Counted from the stretch's first letter, positions 21,075 to 32,443 are shown. The stretch is 64,000 nucleotides of DNA from an uncultured Clostridia bacterium (GCA_944388575.1 CALXJF010000001.1:6894-70893); one strand, 5' to 3'. Notes: generated by a model from the letters alone, not told the origin. Made by a program: numbers and translations.

Positions 21075-22028
21075 CTACATCATATCTTTTTTCTTTAACA
21101 ATAATGTTGCAATAAGTGTTACAAGAATAGCAACAGCTATAACTCCCCAAAATCCAGCTACACCTGTATTAAATGGAAAATCTACATTCATTCCAAGTAT
21201 ACCAGAAACCAAAGTCGGCAGAGCAATTAATATTGTAATTGAAGTTAAAAACTTCATGACAATATTTAAATTATTAGAAACTATAGTGCCAAACATATCA
21301 ACAATTCCATTTAGAATTTCGCTATACGTTTGAATCATTTCTATTGCCTGTCTATTTTCAATCATAGTATCTTCTAAAATGTCTTCATCTTCATCATACA
21401 ATTTTATTGCCTTGCCTCTATTTAATTTTTCTAAAACAACTTGATTGCCTTTTACAGAAGCATTAAAATATATCATACTTTTTTCAAATTTCATTATTTT
21501 AAGTAGTTCTTTATTTCTCATTGTCTTTTCCATTTGAGATTCAAATACTTCAAGATCTTTATTAATATATGTTAAATATCTTATATAATCTTGTGCTATA
21601 TCATACAAGACTTGAAAAACAAATCTTGATTTCTTATCTGTATGAATTTTATATGCATTATCTCTATTAATTATGCCTTTTATACAATCTATCTCTTCTT
21701 GCGATATCGTTATAAATATATCATCTCTAACTAAAATCATACCAATAGGTAATGTTGTATATATTTTATCTTCTCCTTTAAATTCTGTAAATGGAGAATC
21801 TACTACAATTAGAACTGCGTCATCTTCTATATCTACATGAGCTTTTTCGGCAATATCAAGAGGATATCTTAACAATTGTTCCTCCACTCCTACTTTATTA
21901 CAAACTAATTTTATCTCATCCTCAGTAGGTTTTACCATATTAATCCAGCAACCCTTTATAGGTTCACTTATTTTATCCAAATTTCCAGATACTGGATTTG
22001 TAATATATATATTTACCAACAATATCAC
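21075..22028 (-). CDS. corA: CorA-family magnesium transporter
   Basis: 'NNLNIVMKFLTSITI...PT...GMNV' (GMN motif) and two C-terminal TM helices. Confidence 0.9.
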   Translation of the reverse strand: MILLVNIYITNPVSGNLDKISEPIKGCWINMVKPTEDEIKLVCNKVGVEEQLLRYPLDIAEKAHVDIEDDAVLIVVDSPFTEFKGEDKIYTTLPIGMILVRDDIFITISQEEIDCIKGIINRDNAYKIHTDKKSRFVFQVLYDIAQDYIRYLTYINKDLEVFESQMEKTMRNKELLKIMKFEKSMIYFNASVKGNQVVLEKLNRGKAIKLYDEDEDILEDTMIENRQAIEMIQTYSEILNGIVDMFGTIVSNNLNIVMKFLTSITILIALPTLVSGILGMNVDFPFNTGVAGFWGVIAVAILVTLIATLLLKKKDMM

Positions 22029-22133
22029 TTCCTTTCCATTTTTATATTTTACAATTATTATGTTACTATGTCAATATTTTAAAAAGAAAAGTAATAAAAT
22101 TATATTTATATATATATTAGTTATTTAGAATAT

Positions 22134-24101
22134 TTATGGTTGCCAAATAACAGCTTTATTTCCTGCTACACAACCCCATGGTGAACCCGTTATACTATCT
22201 TTTTCCCTATGGACTATTATTTCTTTTAAGTTAGTAGAATTTGAAAAACAACTTGTTGATATACTTGTAACACTACTTGGTATTTCTATTTTTTCTAATG
22301 CACTACAATGATTAAAAGATCCTCCTATTTTTTCTACTGTATTAGGTATTACTACTTTTTTTAAGTTTCTATTAGCATGAAATGCATTTCCTCCTATTTC
22401 TTTTACTCCTTCTGGTATTATTATTTCTTCTATATTACTCAATACATCTATTAATAATGTTTTATCTTTATTTAATAACATATTATTTTCTATTATATAA
22501 TACGGATTATTTTCATCTATTATTATTTTTGTTACATTTGTAGTATCAAGTCCATAAAAACTCATAGATGAAAGAGACTTCACATTTGCTCCTACTTTTA
22601 TTTCTTTTAATTTTTTACATTCATTAAAACTACTTACGTCAATTCTCTCTAAATCTTTAGGTAATACTATTTCCTCTATATTTGTTTTATAAGAAAATGA
22701 AGTAAAGCTTAATATTTTTACACTATCTTTAACTATATACTTACTTTCTTTTGAAAAACAATATATTAATTCTGTTTTATCTTTATTATATATTGCTCCT
22801 TCATCTGATGAATATTTAGGATTAGCTTCTGATACTTCTATGTAACTTAATTTCTTCATAGTATTAAATGGATTTCCATTTATGCTCTCTACACTTGCTG
22901 GTATTACTATTTTTTCTAAATTTATACAAGTTCCAAAAGTACCACTCCCAAATGTTGTTACTCCTTCTGGTACTGAATACTCTGTTATATTACTTCCTCT
23001 AAATATTTGAAGTAATTTTGTCCCATCCTTTGTTAAAAGTGTATCTCCTATCATTTTATAATTTGGATTGTTTTCATCTACTTCTAATGTGAAGTTTACA
23101 TTTGTTGCTCCAGGAAAAGCATTATCCTGTATTGTAACTACACTTGATGGTATATATAATTTTTCTAATGAATTACATGAATTAAACGCACCCGAACTTA
23201 TTGTTTTTACTGAATTAGGTATTTCAAAACCACTTAAACCATAACAGTCATAAAAAGTATATGAAGGTATACTTTTCATTCCACTTGAAAACTTTACTTG
23301 TTGTAAATTTCTACAGTACATAAATGTACATTCACCCATCTGTATTACACTATATGGTAATTCTACCTTTGTTAAAGCTGTACATGAATCAAATACATTA
23401 CTTCCTAGTATTTCCACTCCTTCTTCCATTATTACTTCTTCTAATGTGGCATTTCCTCTAAATGCATTACTTGCTATCTCTTTTACAGTCCCTGGTATTA
23501 TTAATCTTTTTAAATTTGGTATATTATAAAATGCTCCAGCTTCTATCTTTTCTACTATACTTGGTATTTTTAATGTTCCAGTCTCATCTATCAAACTTTC
23601 TACCTCATTTACTGATTGTAATACTCCATCTATTATTATAAATCCTGATATCCTTACTCCTATTTCTTCTGCCCACTCATATTCTCTTGAATTGTTTGGT
23701 CTATATACTAGCTCTCCTAACTCTATATATATTCTTCCTTCATATTTACTTCCCTTTATCTCTGGTATTACACTATATATATTCCCACTTTCTCCTTCTA
23801 ACTTAGTATTATATAATATTCCATCTTCATATGCATACAGTGACTCTATTTCAAACTCTCCTTGCGTTTCTATTTCTTTATCCATAGCATATAATGATAA
23901 TTTATCTTGAAAACTTCTTAAATCATTTTGAATTACTGCTTTTTGTGCATTTAATATTGGATTATTTCCTGTTATTGTTAATATTATCGCTACTGAAAGT
24001 ATTATTATTACTATTATTGTTATAACAAGAACTATTAAACTTATCCCTTTTTTTGCTTTGTTTTCCTTTTCTTTTGTATCAAACATATATGTTACCTCCA
24101 A
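22134..24101 (-). CDS. Pilin-like N-terminus fused to BspA-type leucine-rich repeats (LRR_5)
   Basis: KKG|ISLIVLVITIIVIIILS signal followed by many 'IP.SV..I...AF..C..L' repeats. Confidence 0.85.
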   Translation of the reverse strand: MEVTYMFDTKEKENKAKKGISLIVLVITIIVIIILSVAIILTITGNNPILNAQKAVIQNDLRSFQDKLSLYAMDKEIETQGEFEIESLYAYEDGILYNTKLEGESGNIYSVIPEIKGSKYEGRIYIELGELVYRPNNSREYEWAEEIGVRISGFIIIDGVLQSVNEVESLIDETGTLKIPSIVEKIEAGAFYNIPNLKRLIIPGTVKEIASNAFRGNATLEEVIMEEGVEILGSNVFDSCTALTKVELPYSVIQMGECTFMYCRNLQQVKFSSGMKSIPSYTFYDCYGLSGFEIPNSVKTISSGAFNSCNSLEKLYIPSSVVTIQDNAFPGATNVNFTLEVDENNPNYKMIGDTLLTKDGTKLLQIFRGSNITEYSVPEGVTTFGSGTFGTCINLEKIVIPASVESINGNPFNTMKKLSYIEVSEANPKYSSDEGAIYNKDKTELIYCFSKESKYIVKDSVKILSFTSFSYKTNIEEIVLPKDLERIDVSSFNECKKLKEIKVGANVKSLSSMSFYGLDTTNVTKIIIDENNPYYIIENNMLLNKDKTLLIDVLSNIEEIIIPEGVKEIGGNAFHANRNLKKVVIPNTVEKIGGSFNHCSALEKIEIPSSVTSISTSCFSNSTNLKEIIVHREKDSITGSPWGCVAGNKAVIWQP

Positions 24102-24246
24102 AAATATTATGTATCTATGTTATAATATATTCATTTGTATATTATATATCATATTTTTTAGTTTGTACACAACATTTTTGTTTTATTCATTTTTAGCATT
24201 TATAACTTTTTGACATAATTTTTTATTAATCCATTTTTAAATTAAA

Positions 24247-25644
24247 TCACATTGTTAAAATACCACCTTCTGTTTCTAATATTAATAAAATCTTTTCTTC
24301 TTGAGCTGTTGAAGCATTAATATATATTAAGAATTCTCTTTCATCAATTTTTCCTTTAAATTCATATGTTAAAACCTCACTCTTAGATTCAGTTGGAATT
24401 AAAGCAACTCCTTCACTTATAATTTCTAAATTCTTATTTACAGATTTTCTTGCTTCTTCCATAGATATTTTAGGAGTTAAACTATCTCTTTTAGTATGAT
24501 TAAAAATATATCCTTGACTCTCAACGGAACATATCTCTCCAGTATCAAGTGCGATTTTTACCTTTACTAAATCAGGATATAATACAACATTATCTTGAAG
24601 AGCAGCATAATTTATAGTTGCAAAATTTTCTGTTTTTAAATAATAAGTTTCTTTTACATTATCAATACCTATTTTTTTTAAGAATTCAATTCCTTTTTTT
24701 TCAGCTTCTTCCATAGATATTTTTTCTTCTTTTACTTCTCTATCACTAATCATAAGGTACATCTTTCCATCTCTTTTAGTCATACTAATATTTTTTTCAA
24801 CTTCCTCTTCTTTAATCTTCACCGTAAAATTATATAAATCTATTCTACCACTTGATTCTTCTTGAGTATTTATATATTCTATATTCTCGCTGCCAAATAT
24901 ATTAATTATATTCTCTTTTGCTTGATCTGAAGTAACCTGATTTTCTGATAAAGATTTTGGATCTTGAGTAAGTAAATGATCTGAAAACGCCCCATCATAT
25001 ATAAGCCCCTCAAACTCCTGAAATGTTTTTCCTATTTTTTCAATATTTGCAACTGATGTAGCAACTTGGCTATCACTTAATTTCTCGTCACTTACCTTTT
25101 CAAGTTCATCCCATTTAATTCTGCCCTCATTTAAGTCGTTATAAATTTCTGTCATAACACTACCAAGTTCTTTAGAACTATCATATATTTCTTTAATATT
25201 TTGATACTCTTCATCAGTAATCTTCTCATTTTGTGAGGTCTTCTTTAACAAAGAATAAGCATAATCACTAACTTGTGTTAAATATTTAGAAGCTTTTGAC
25301 ATAGCATTTTGGCTAGATGGTAGTTCTTCTAAGTTTTCTTTAGCTAAGTTAGCCTGTTTCCATATACTTGCTAATGTTGTTGTGGTCATTTTAGGAGTAT
25401 TTGTTATTTGTAATTTAGCCAATTCTGTTTCTACATTACTAATATAACCAACCATCTCATACATTGCCCTATTATACTCATCTTGTGCAGTTTGTTTTTG
25501 ACGCTTAAAATTATTAGTCATCTCTACAGCAAAAATACTTAAGGCAGCAAATATCATAAATACTCCCACACCTAAGGCTTTCTTATTAATTTTTCTTTTT
25601 AATGTATTTACTTTTTTTTCAAATTTTTCTATCATTTTAATCAC
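24247..25644 (-). CDS. ypeB: Germination protein YpeB
   Basis: 'LIYDGAFSDH', 'YPDLVKVKIALDTGEI', PepSY C-terminus; adjacent to sleB-like gene. Confidence 0.9.
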   Translation of the reverse strand: MIKMIEKFEKKVNTLKRKINKKALGVGVFMIFAALSIFAVEMTNNFKRQKQTAQDEYNRAMYEMVGYISNVETELAKLQITNTPKMTTTTLASIWKQANLAKENLEELPSSQNAMSKASKYLTQVSDYAYSLLKKTSQNEKITDEEYQNIKEIYDSSKELGSVMTEIYNDLNEGRIKWDELEKVSDEKLSDSQVATSVANIEKIGKTFQEFEGLIYDGAFSDHLLTQDPKSLSENQVTSDQAKENIINIFGSENIEYINTQEESSGRIDLYNFTVKIKEEEVEKNISMTKRDGKMYLMISDREVKEEKISMEEAEKKGIEFLKKIGIDNVKETYYLKTENFATINYAALQDNVVLYPDLVKVKIALDTGEICSVESQGYIFNHTKRDSLTPKISMEEARKSVNKNLEIISEGVALIPTESKSEVLTYEFKGKIDEREFLIYINASTAQEEKILLILETEGGILTM

Positions 25645-26224
25645 CTACTGCAAATCTATGATTTCCAATTGTTGCTACTGTTTTTAAAGAAAATAGCCAT
25701 TTACTTTTAGCTGTTTTAGGATTATAAAAAAACAACGCTCCATTACTTGGATCAGATCCATTTATAGCTTCTTGTGCAGCTTTATACACAGTCGAATTTT
25801 TATCTATTGGTTTATTAAATTGACCATCTTTAATACAAGAAAATTGATTTTTTTGATATATTACGGCGGATATTGTATTAGGAAATTCAGAACTTTTAAC
25901 TCTATTTAATACAACCGCTCCAACCGCAACTTGACCTTCATATGGTTCTCCTCTTGCTTCTCCGTTTATAAGTCTGGCTAACAAATCCACCATATCACCA
26001 GTAGAAGCTTTATCTGTAGATGTTGAACTTTCATCAGTTTTTGCTGCTATAACTTTATTTTTTATATTTTCTGTTAATGTTTTAAATGTATTATTATAGT
26101 TAATTGAAACATATAACATAATTAATAGTATAAAACATGAAAAAAAACATATTATATATTTTTTAAAATCTTGTTTTATCATAATACCTCCAAAAATAAC
26201 AATTTTTATTAGTATTTTCTCCAA
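25637..26224 (-). CDS. sleB: Spore cortex-lytic cell wall hydrolase (SleB family, Hydrolase_2)
   Basis: 'LLARLINGEARGEPYEGQVAVGAVVLNRV', 'GALFFYNP', 'IGNHRF'; directly upstream of ypeB. Confidence 0.85.
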   Translation of the reverse strand: MEKILIKIVIFGGIMIKQDFKKYIICFFSCFILLIMLYVSINYNNTFKTLTENIKNKVIAAKTDESSTSTDKASTGDMVDLLARLINGEARGEPYEGQVAVGAVVLNRVKSSEFPNTISAVIYQKNQFSCIKDGQFNKPIDKNSTVYKAAQEAINGSDPSNGALFFYNPKTAKSKWLFSLKTVATIGNHRFAVGD

Positions 26225-26267
26225 AATTTTATCTAATATACAATATGTTTAAAATTAAAGTTAAATA

Positions 26268-26519
26268 TTAAAAAATATAGTGTAATATTATCAATACAAT
26301 AACTCCAGGTACACCAAGTATTCCTGCAACTAAGGCTGTAACAATATTAAATGGAATAGTTAAACCAATACTTGCACCAAAAACATTAACAAGTAAAATC
26401 AAACACAATCCAATTACTATATTCAATATTAATTTTAAAATTTTCTTTAATGGCCAAGCAAGTAATCTTGCTACTATAATCATTGCTATTACTGTAAATA
26501 TCAATACTATATATTGCAT
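26268..26519 (-). CDS. bofA: Pro-sigmaK processing inhibitor BofA family
   Basis: 'LILNIVIG..LILLVN..G...IPFN..TALVAGILGVPG'. Confidence 0.85.
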   Translation of the reverse strand: MQYIVLIFTVIAMIIVARLLAWPLKKILKLILNIVIGLCLILLVNVFGASIGLTIPFNIVTALVAGILGVPGVIVLIILHYIF

Positions 26520-26684
26520 ATTTCCTCCTTAATAATAACCTTTATATTAATATTATACTTGTCTACTTTATTTTTATGATTATTTTTTACTTTTTTATTT
26601 AAAAATGTCATTATATACTATATATGAACATATAATATATTAAATAAAAAAATAATAAAATACTTTTCGATTGGAGGTATTATT

Positions 26685-27029
26685 ATGACTACAACTTATT
26701 ATGATAGTGTTATACACATTCCAAATGGCTCATGGATAGGAATAAGGAATTTAGAATATGATTTTGGATATAAAGATAATATAATTTTATTTGGTTGTTC
26801 CAACTATTCATATCTATCGGGTAAAATTATAGCATTAAAAAAAGACGATAAAGTAATAGTATATTCTACAAATATTACCTATATAGGAAATTTAAAAACT
26901 GTAGAAAAACTACTTGAATTCACCTCTTATTCTCATGTTGCATATGGAAAAATTATATGTGAAAAAAATACTTATTTAATTGACAGTAACTGTCAAATTA
27001 AGTTTTCTTCAAGAGCACATATAAACTAA
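26685..27029 (+). CDS. Hypothetical protein
   Basis: ORF with GGAGG RBS, followed by a hairpin. Confidence 0.65.
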   Translation: MTTTYYDSVIHIPNGSWIGIRNLEYDFGYKDNIILFGCSNYSYLSGKIIALKKDDKVIVYSTNITYIGNLKTVEKLLEFTSYSHVAYGKIICEKNTYLIDSNCQIKFSSRAHIN

Positions 27030-27058
27030 ATTACAACCACCGAATTGGTGGTTGTAAT
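27030..27058. terminator. Bidirectional terminator between convergent genes
   Basis: Inverted repeat attacaaccacc-gaatt-ggtggttgtaat. Confidence 0.7.
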
Positions 27059-27134
27059 TTTTTTCATTATACTAATATCTCTTATATACTTTTTATTAAT
27101 AATATAATTCTCCTATATCTTTTAAAATATATTT

Positions 27135-27413
27135 CTACAGTCCTGATAAAATTATTATTAATACTAAACTTATATATATGAATACAAAAAGTGAAAGTCC
27201 AATAATGCCGAGTATCATACCTGTTTTTCCAAGTTTACTTCCTATCTTTTTTATAGATTTTACTCCAAAAACAATAGCTAGAATTCCTGTTGGAATTGTT
27301 ATATACCAAAATAATACTGATACTACAGAAATTATACCTAGTATAAAAGATGCAATATGCATTCCTGTTTTACTTTTATTAATTTCACTCATATATTTAA
27401 TCCCCCTATTCAA
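27135..27413 (-). CDS. DUF4190-like small membrane protein
   Basis: 'IASFILGIIS...GILAIVFG...K.GMILGIIGL'. Confidence 0.7.
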   Translation of the reverse strand: MNRGIKYMSEINKSKTGMHIASFILGIISVVSVLFWYITIPTGILAIVFGVKSIKKIGSKLGKTGMILGIIGLSLFVFIYISLVLIIILSGL

Positions 27414-29403
27414 TTTTTATTTCATCAATTAATTCTAAATCATCTAAACCATTAACTTTTACAGCAGTTTCAGACACTGTGTATAGATTATTATCAATAT
27501 ATAAACCTCTTAATAACTTAGTTGATGCATAATAGCTAAATGACGAATTAGATATATTATTCTGAATATCATGAGTTATTATACCTTTTAACGAAAATCC
27601 ATTTTCTATATCAATGTTATACACAACATATCCTTCAGAAATTCTTGATTTATTATAATTCTTATAAGAGTCAATTAGAGTAGAATAAGTCTGATCTAAA
27701 TTTGTATATCCGAAATCTTCACTATAATTGTTAACAGGAATTGCAATTAATGATTTTTCTTTTGAAAATAATAATGCTTTAGGATTTGTTAATATCGCAG
27801 AAGTAGTTCTTCTATCTCCAATTACAGTACTTGATATTTGTCTAGGATTATTTACATCAGAAATATCAAACAGTGCCATTTTCATTCCTATAACTCTAGA
27901 AGTAGTCGAAGTCACCTTACCATTTGAATTTCTATTTACAACCTCTTCTGTTTCCATTCCAATTCCAATTAAATGAGTATCGTCATAAGGATGTAAATAT
28001 GTACTATATCCTGGAATTTTTAATTTACCTAATACTTTTGGTAATGTTTCATCACTTATATCTACCACAAATAACGGATCCATTGTTTTATATGTAACAA
28101 AATATACTTTATCACCAATAAACCTTGAAGAATACATAGTTTCTCCTTTTGCTACAGGTTCTGATTCACCTATTTTATTTAACTTCTCATCAAATATTTC
28201 TATTCTAGATCCATCACTATCATACAAAGCAATTCTTAAATGTGCATTAGATTCATCTAATGAATATTGATTTATTATTTTTCCTTTAGTATTAGTATTT
28301 ACATCATATCTAACGTTACCATCTTCTAATATACTAAACTTATATATTTTAGTTTCATATCCTCTATCTTCATCATATTCATAAATAAAGGGACCAATTG
28401 CTCCCTTTAAAGTAAACAAAGAACTAATTGGTGGTACATAATCATTATAGTTATATTCCTCATCTACTAAATATATATTATTTTCAGATACATATGCATT
28501 TGAAATATCTATCAAATACGATGTCAAATTAATATCCTCATTTATATTATCAAGATTTACAGTAGAAATTAACGTTTGTTTATTAGTTTTTATATCATCT
28601 AAATATTTAATACTTCCTAATTGCATTTCTTTTCTAGTATTATCTTCTATATAATAAGTATCTATTTTATCATCATTTTCTCTTAACCTTCCTGAAGCAA
28701 TTACATATAGTTTATTTCCTATACACCTAGATGTATAATAAGGTTCAATAAGTTCAAATTCCTTTAAAATCAAAGGATTAGATTTATTAGTTATATCATA
28801 AACTCTAACTATTGTATTACTTAAATACTTATTATAACTAGAACTACTTGTACTAGATATAGTAATAAGTTTATCATTATATAATATTAAATCTTCTGGA
28901 TAACTTTCATCATTCTCTGTAATAGTTTTAGCTATTTTAATATTGCCTGGATCTCTAACATCAGTTATTATCACATTATTTTCAGAAATAGAATATATAT
29001 AATCTCCATCTGTTTTAGTAATATCAGCCTCATCAACATTTTCAACTTGTATATTAGTTTTAGAATAATCCTTTGATGAAGTAGTTTCTGATGCACTACC
29101 TGAAGAAGACGCTGTATCTAAAGACAGCGGTCCAAAAGAATTAGAATTATACATATCACTATCATAAGCATGTTTCGTATTCCACTCATTCACAAAAAAG
29201 CTAAAAGGCATTGATATAGCTTTTACAACAAATTCCTTTAAGTCGTTATTTTCACCTTGGTATATCTTTAATAATTGCTTTTCTGATTTTATACTTTTTA
29301 ATTCACTATTATCATTACTAATACAAATTATAACAGAAATAACTATAATCAGTACAACCACCATAATAGCTAAAGATATATAGGATATTTTTCTCTTTTT
29401 CAT
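27406..29403 (-). CDS. Secreted beta-propeller domain protein (Beta_propel family)
   Basis: 'YSKTNIQVENVDEADITKTDG.YIY', 'YSSRFIGD..YFVTYK..DPLFV', 'LKIPGYSTYLHP'. Confidence 0.9.
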   Translation of the reverse strand: MKKRKISYISLAIMVVVLIIVISVIICISNDNSELKSIKSEKQLLKIYQGENNDLKEFVVKAISMPFSFFVNEWNTKHAYDSDMYNSNSFGPLSLDTASSSGSASETTSSKDYSKTNIQVENVDEADITKTDGDYIYSISENNVIITDVRDPGNIKIAKTITENDESYPEDLILYNDKLITISSTSSSSYNKYLSNTIVRVYDITNKSNPLILKEFELIEPYYTSRCIGNKLYVIASGRLRENDDKIDTYYIEDNTRKEMQLGSIKYLDDIKTNKQTLISTVNLDNINEDINLTSYLIDISNAYVSENNIYLVDEEYNYNDYVPPISSLFTLKGAIGPFIYEYDEDRGYETKIYKFSILEDGNVRYDVNTNTKGKIINQYSLDESNAHLRIALYDSDGSRIEIFDEKLNKIGESEPVAKGETMYSSRFIGDKVYFVTYKTMDPLFVVDISDETLPKVLGKLKIPGYSTYLHPYDDTHLIGIGMETEEVVNRNSNGKVTSTTSRVIGMKMALFDISDVNNPRQISSTVIGDRRTTSAILTNPKALLFSKEKSLIAIPVNNYSEDFGYTNLDQTYSTLIDSYKNYNKSRISEGYVVYNIDIENGFSLKGIITHDIQNNISNSSFSYYASTKLLRGLYIDNNLYTVSETAVKVNGLDDLELIDEIKIE

Positions 29404-29430
29404 ATTTTTATTCCTCCAAATATATAATAA

Positions 29431-29476
29431 TATATATTAAAACATTTTTCAACAAAATTATTATCTATTTACATTT
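29431..29476 (+). repeat. 46-bp direct repeat, copy 1
   Basis: tatatattaaaacatttttcaacaaaattattatctatttacattt, identical to 31424-31469. Confidence 0.9.
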
Positions 29477-29830
29477 CTAAAGAAAAAGTAATATTATACA
29501 GATAGATTATACCTGTATATTGCAAATGAATAATGCAATATACAAGTAAAACAAAAATAAATTTTTTATAATTTAAATTATATTCTAAAATTATTAAAAA
29601 TGCGTTATATTACACAACATACTCAAAATATTATTTTCAATTTCAAAATATTTATATTTTTTCTTAGCACTATTAATAATTATGATAATATCTCAATTAT
29701 TTTAACTTTAAATTTTATTTTATCAATAAAACGCATATAAACTTCTTTATATACCCTATTCTAGCCCCAAGAAATATTATAATGTTGCCACAATTATCTA
29801 ATCATGTCATTTTTCTCTTACTTATTTAAA

Positions 29831-31060
29831 TCAATCTTTCTCCTTAAGTAACCAATCTAATACATTTATCTTTTTTATTCCATCAAAGTCAACATCTAAG
29901 TCATCATCTAAAGTCAAAATATATTTAGGATAATTATCATTTATTTTCTTTAAAGGCATTAACTCTCTATCTAAAATCTTATTTTCTTCTTCTCCTTCTG
30001 ATCTAGTTGTTAATGCGACTTGATAATAAACTGTATTTTCAGGCTTTTTAGCAACAAAATCGACTTCTAATTCGTCATACTTTCCTATATATACTTTATA
30101 TCCTCGTCTTAACAATTCAAGATATACCACATTTTCTAATATATGTCCCATATCTCTACCAGAGCCTTGACCTAACATATAGTATCTTAATCCTATATCT
30201 ACTGCATAGTATTTTTCTTGTGTTTTCAAATATTCTTTTCCTTTTATATCATATCTATTAGCTTTAAATATTAAATAACTATCTATAATTGCATCTACAT
30301 AATTTGAAATTGTATTGTAAGATGAATTCTTTTCCACACCTTCAATATTATCACTTATGCTTTTCATACTAGTTCTATTTCCTATGTTATCATATAAATA
30401 CTTAGTTACTCTTTCTAAAGTGTTTTTATCTGTTATTCCTTTTCTTTGCATTACATCCTTAAATAAAATTGTATTGTATATTCCATCTAAAAACAAATTA
30501 ATATTTTCTGGATTAATTTTAAATAATTCAATTGATTGTGGAAATGAACTATATCGTAAGTAATCTCTAAACTTTCTTGATATATCTGTTTTATCTTCAA
30601 AAGCAGATATATACTCTTTAAATGATAATGGTAACATTTTTATTTCAATATACCTTCCTGTAAGTAATGTTGCTAATTCTGAAGATAAAAGCCAGGCATT
30701 TGACCCAGTTATATATAAATCAACATCTTTATTTATATATAAACTGTCTACTGTTTTCTCAAATTCGTCTACATTTTGAATTTCATCTAAAAATACATAA
30801 GTCTTTTTCCCTTTAACTAATTTTGCTTTTATATGTTCATACAATTTTTTTCTATCTTGAAATTCTTCATAATCTGCATCTTCAAAATTTATAGATATTA
30901 TTTGATTATTTTCTACTCCATTATTTCTCAAATAGTCTTGATATATTTCTAATAATGTAGATTTCCCACATCTTCTAATTCCCGTTATAATCTTTATTAT
31001 TTTTTGATCTTTGAAATTTTTTAATATAGATAAATAATTATCTCTATTTATTTTTTCCAT
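29831..31060 (-). CDS. AAA_14 + DUF4143 ATP-binding protein
   Basis: Walker A GIRRCGKS, FLDEIQ, TGSNA..LS.ELATLLTGR, 'LENVVYLEL', 'EVDFVA'. Confidence 0.9.
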   Translation of the reverse strand: MEKINRDNYLSILKNFKDQKIIKIITGIRRCGKSTLLEIYQDYLRNNGVENNQIISINFEDADYEEFQDRKKLYEHIKAKLVKGKKTYVFLDEIQNVDEFEKTVDSLYINKDVDLYITGSNAWLLSSELATLLTGRYIEIKMLPLSFKEYISAFEDKTDISRKFRDYLRYSSFPQSIELFKINPENINLFLDGIYNTILFKDVMQRKGITDKNTLERVTKYLYDNIGNRTSMKSISDNIEGVEKNSSYNTISNYVDAIIDSYLIFKANRYDIKGKEYLKTQEKYYAVDIGLRYYMLGQGSGRDMGHILENVVYLELLRRGYKVYIGKYDELEVDFVAKKPENTVYYQVALTTRSEGEEENKILDRELMPLKKINDNYPKYILTLDDDLDVDFDGIKKINVLDWLLKEKD

Positions 31061-31423
31061 AGAATCTCCTCCTAACTATAATAATTATACTATTTTTTAA
31101 TATTATAGTCAAGTTTTTTCAAAATTATGAAAAAACTTTGCTTTTTTGTATACTTTTTTAAAATTTGAAAATATTACAAAATATACTAAACGTATATACA
31201 AGATAAATTATATTATATATAAAATTGAAGAAATAGAATTTAAACATTTTTAAAAAATGAAACATCAACTGATTTAAATAATAATTATGACTTTAATTTA
31301 GAGTAAAAATTTATTAATATTAAAATAACTTACGTCATTATAAAATTCACTAATGAAACCTACAAAACATATATATCAATGTATTGCAGGCTTTTTATTT
31401 TTTTTAACTGTTAAAAACAGGAG

Positions 31424-31469
31424 TATATATTAAAACATTTTTCAACAAAATTATTATCTATTTACATTT
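31424..31469 (+). repeat. 46-bp direct repeat, copy 2
   Basis: Identical to 29431-29476. Confidence 0.9.
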
Positions 31470-31507
31470 TTATTATATTATTAACAATATATCTATATAT
31501 AACAAAA

Positions 31508-32443
31508 CTACATATAAAACCAATCAAAAGTATAATCAACAAAATAGTTTGTTAAATCGAAAATATGCTTAAATGTATAAAAAGAATATTCTATTTGTTT
31601 AATATCTTCTGGGTATCTTATCAATCTTAACATAAATTCATAAATCATAGTAAATGCTAATTCCTTATGAAACCCTAAAGGAATATCATCATTAAAAAGA
31701 CCTTTATATATTCCTCTATATATAGCTCTTTCTCTAAGTATATTGTCCCCTTTATACCCATACCAACAATTTCCCCTAAAATTTAAAGCCCTATACTTTA
31801 TCTTTCCACCATCTGTATCTATAAAATATGGCTTAGAATTTTTAGTAATAACATTTCCTAAATTTATATCGTTATGAATAAATATAGGATTTTGCATATA
31901 CACATATTTTTTTAGATCATTAATATTAACAAATAATTTATCTAAATCTATATATGGTAATTCTTTTTTTGTACTTTGTTCATAATATATTTTTAAATTT
32001 CTAGATTTATCCATTAAACTATTCAGTTCTTCTTCAAGATTTTTTTGTACTGTTATTGTATCTCCGATTATTTTATTAAATTTTTGTAATTGTTTTCCCA
32101 CCTCTTTTCCTATATCTTCTAATTCTTTTTCACTTAACTTTTTAGTTAATTCTTTCAAAGTTTCTCCCTCTATATATTCATATATAACATACGTTTTATC
32201 TAGTTGCGTTATATATTGAGTTTTAATAACCTTAGCAGTATCTATCTTTAAATCACAATATATTTTATCAATATATTTTATATTCTCAACTCTATTACCA
32301 TTATATAATTTTAAAAATCTATTATTATTATTATATTTTAATATATACCTATAGGCAGATGAATGACCACTAAACTCTTGCTTAATTTCTATAACATTTT
32401 TTAGTTGTTCTATATATTCTTTTAAACAATCTATACTAATCAA
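31508..32443 (-). CDS. Aminoglycoside phosphotransferase/choline kinase-like protein
   Basis: 'YEYIEGETL', Brenner-type 'IHNDINLGNV', 'FIDTD'. Confidence 0.75.
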   Translation of the reverse strand: MISIDCLKEYIEQLKNVIEIKQEFSGHSSAYRYILKYNNNNRFLKLYNGNRVENIKYIDKIYCDLKIDTAKVIKTQYITQLDKTYVIYEYIEGETLKELTKKLSEKELEDIGKEVGKQLQKFNKIIGDTITVQKNLEEELNSLMDKSRNLKIYYEQSTKKELPYIDLDKLFVNINDLKKYVYMQNPIFIHNDINLGNVITKNSKPYFIDTDGGKIKYRALNFRGNCWYGYKGDNILRERAIYRGIYKGLFNDDIPLGFHKELAFTMIYEFMLRLIRYPEDIKQIEYSFYTFKHIFDLTNYFVDYTFDWFYM

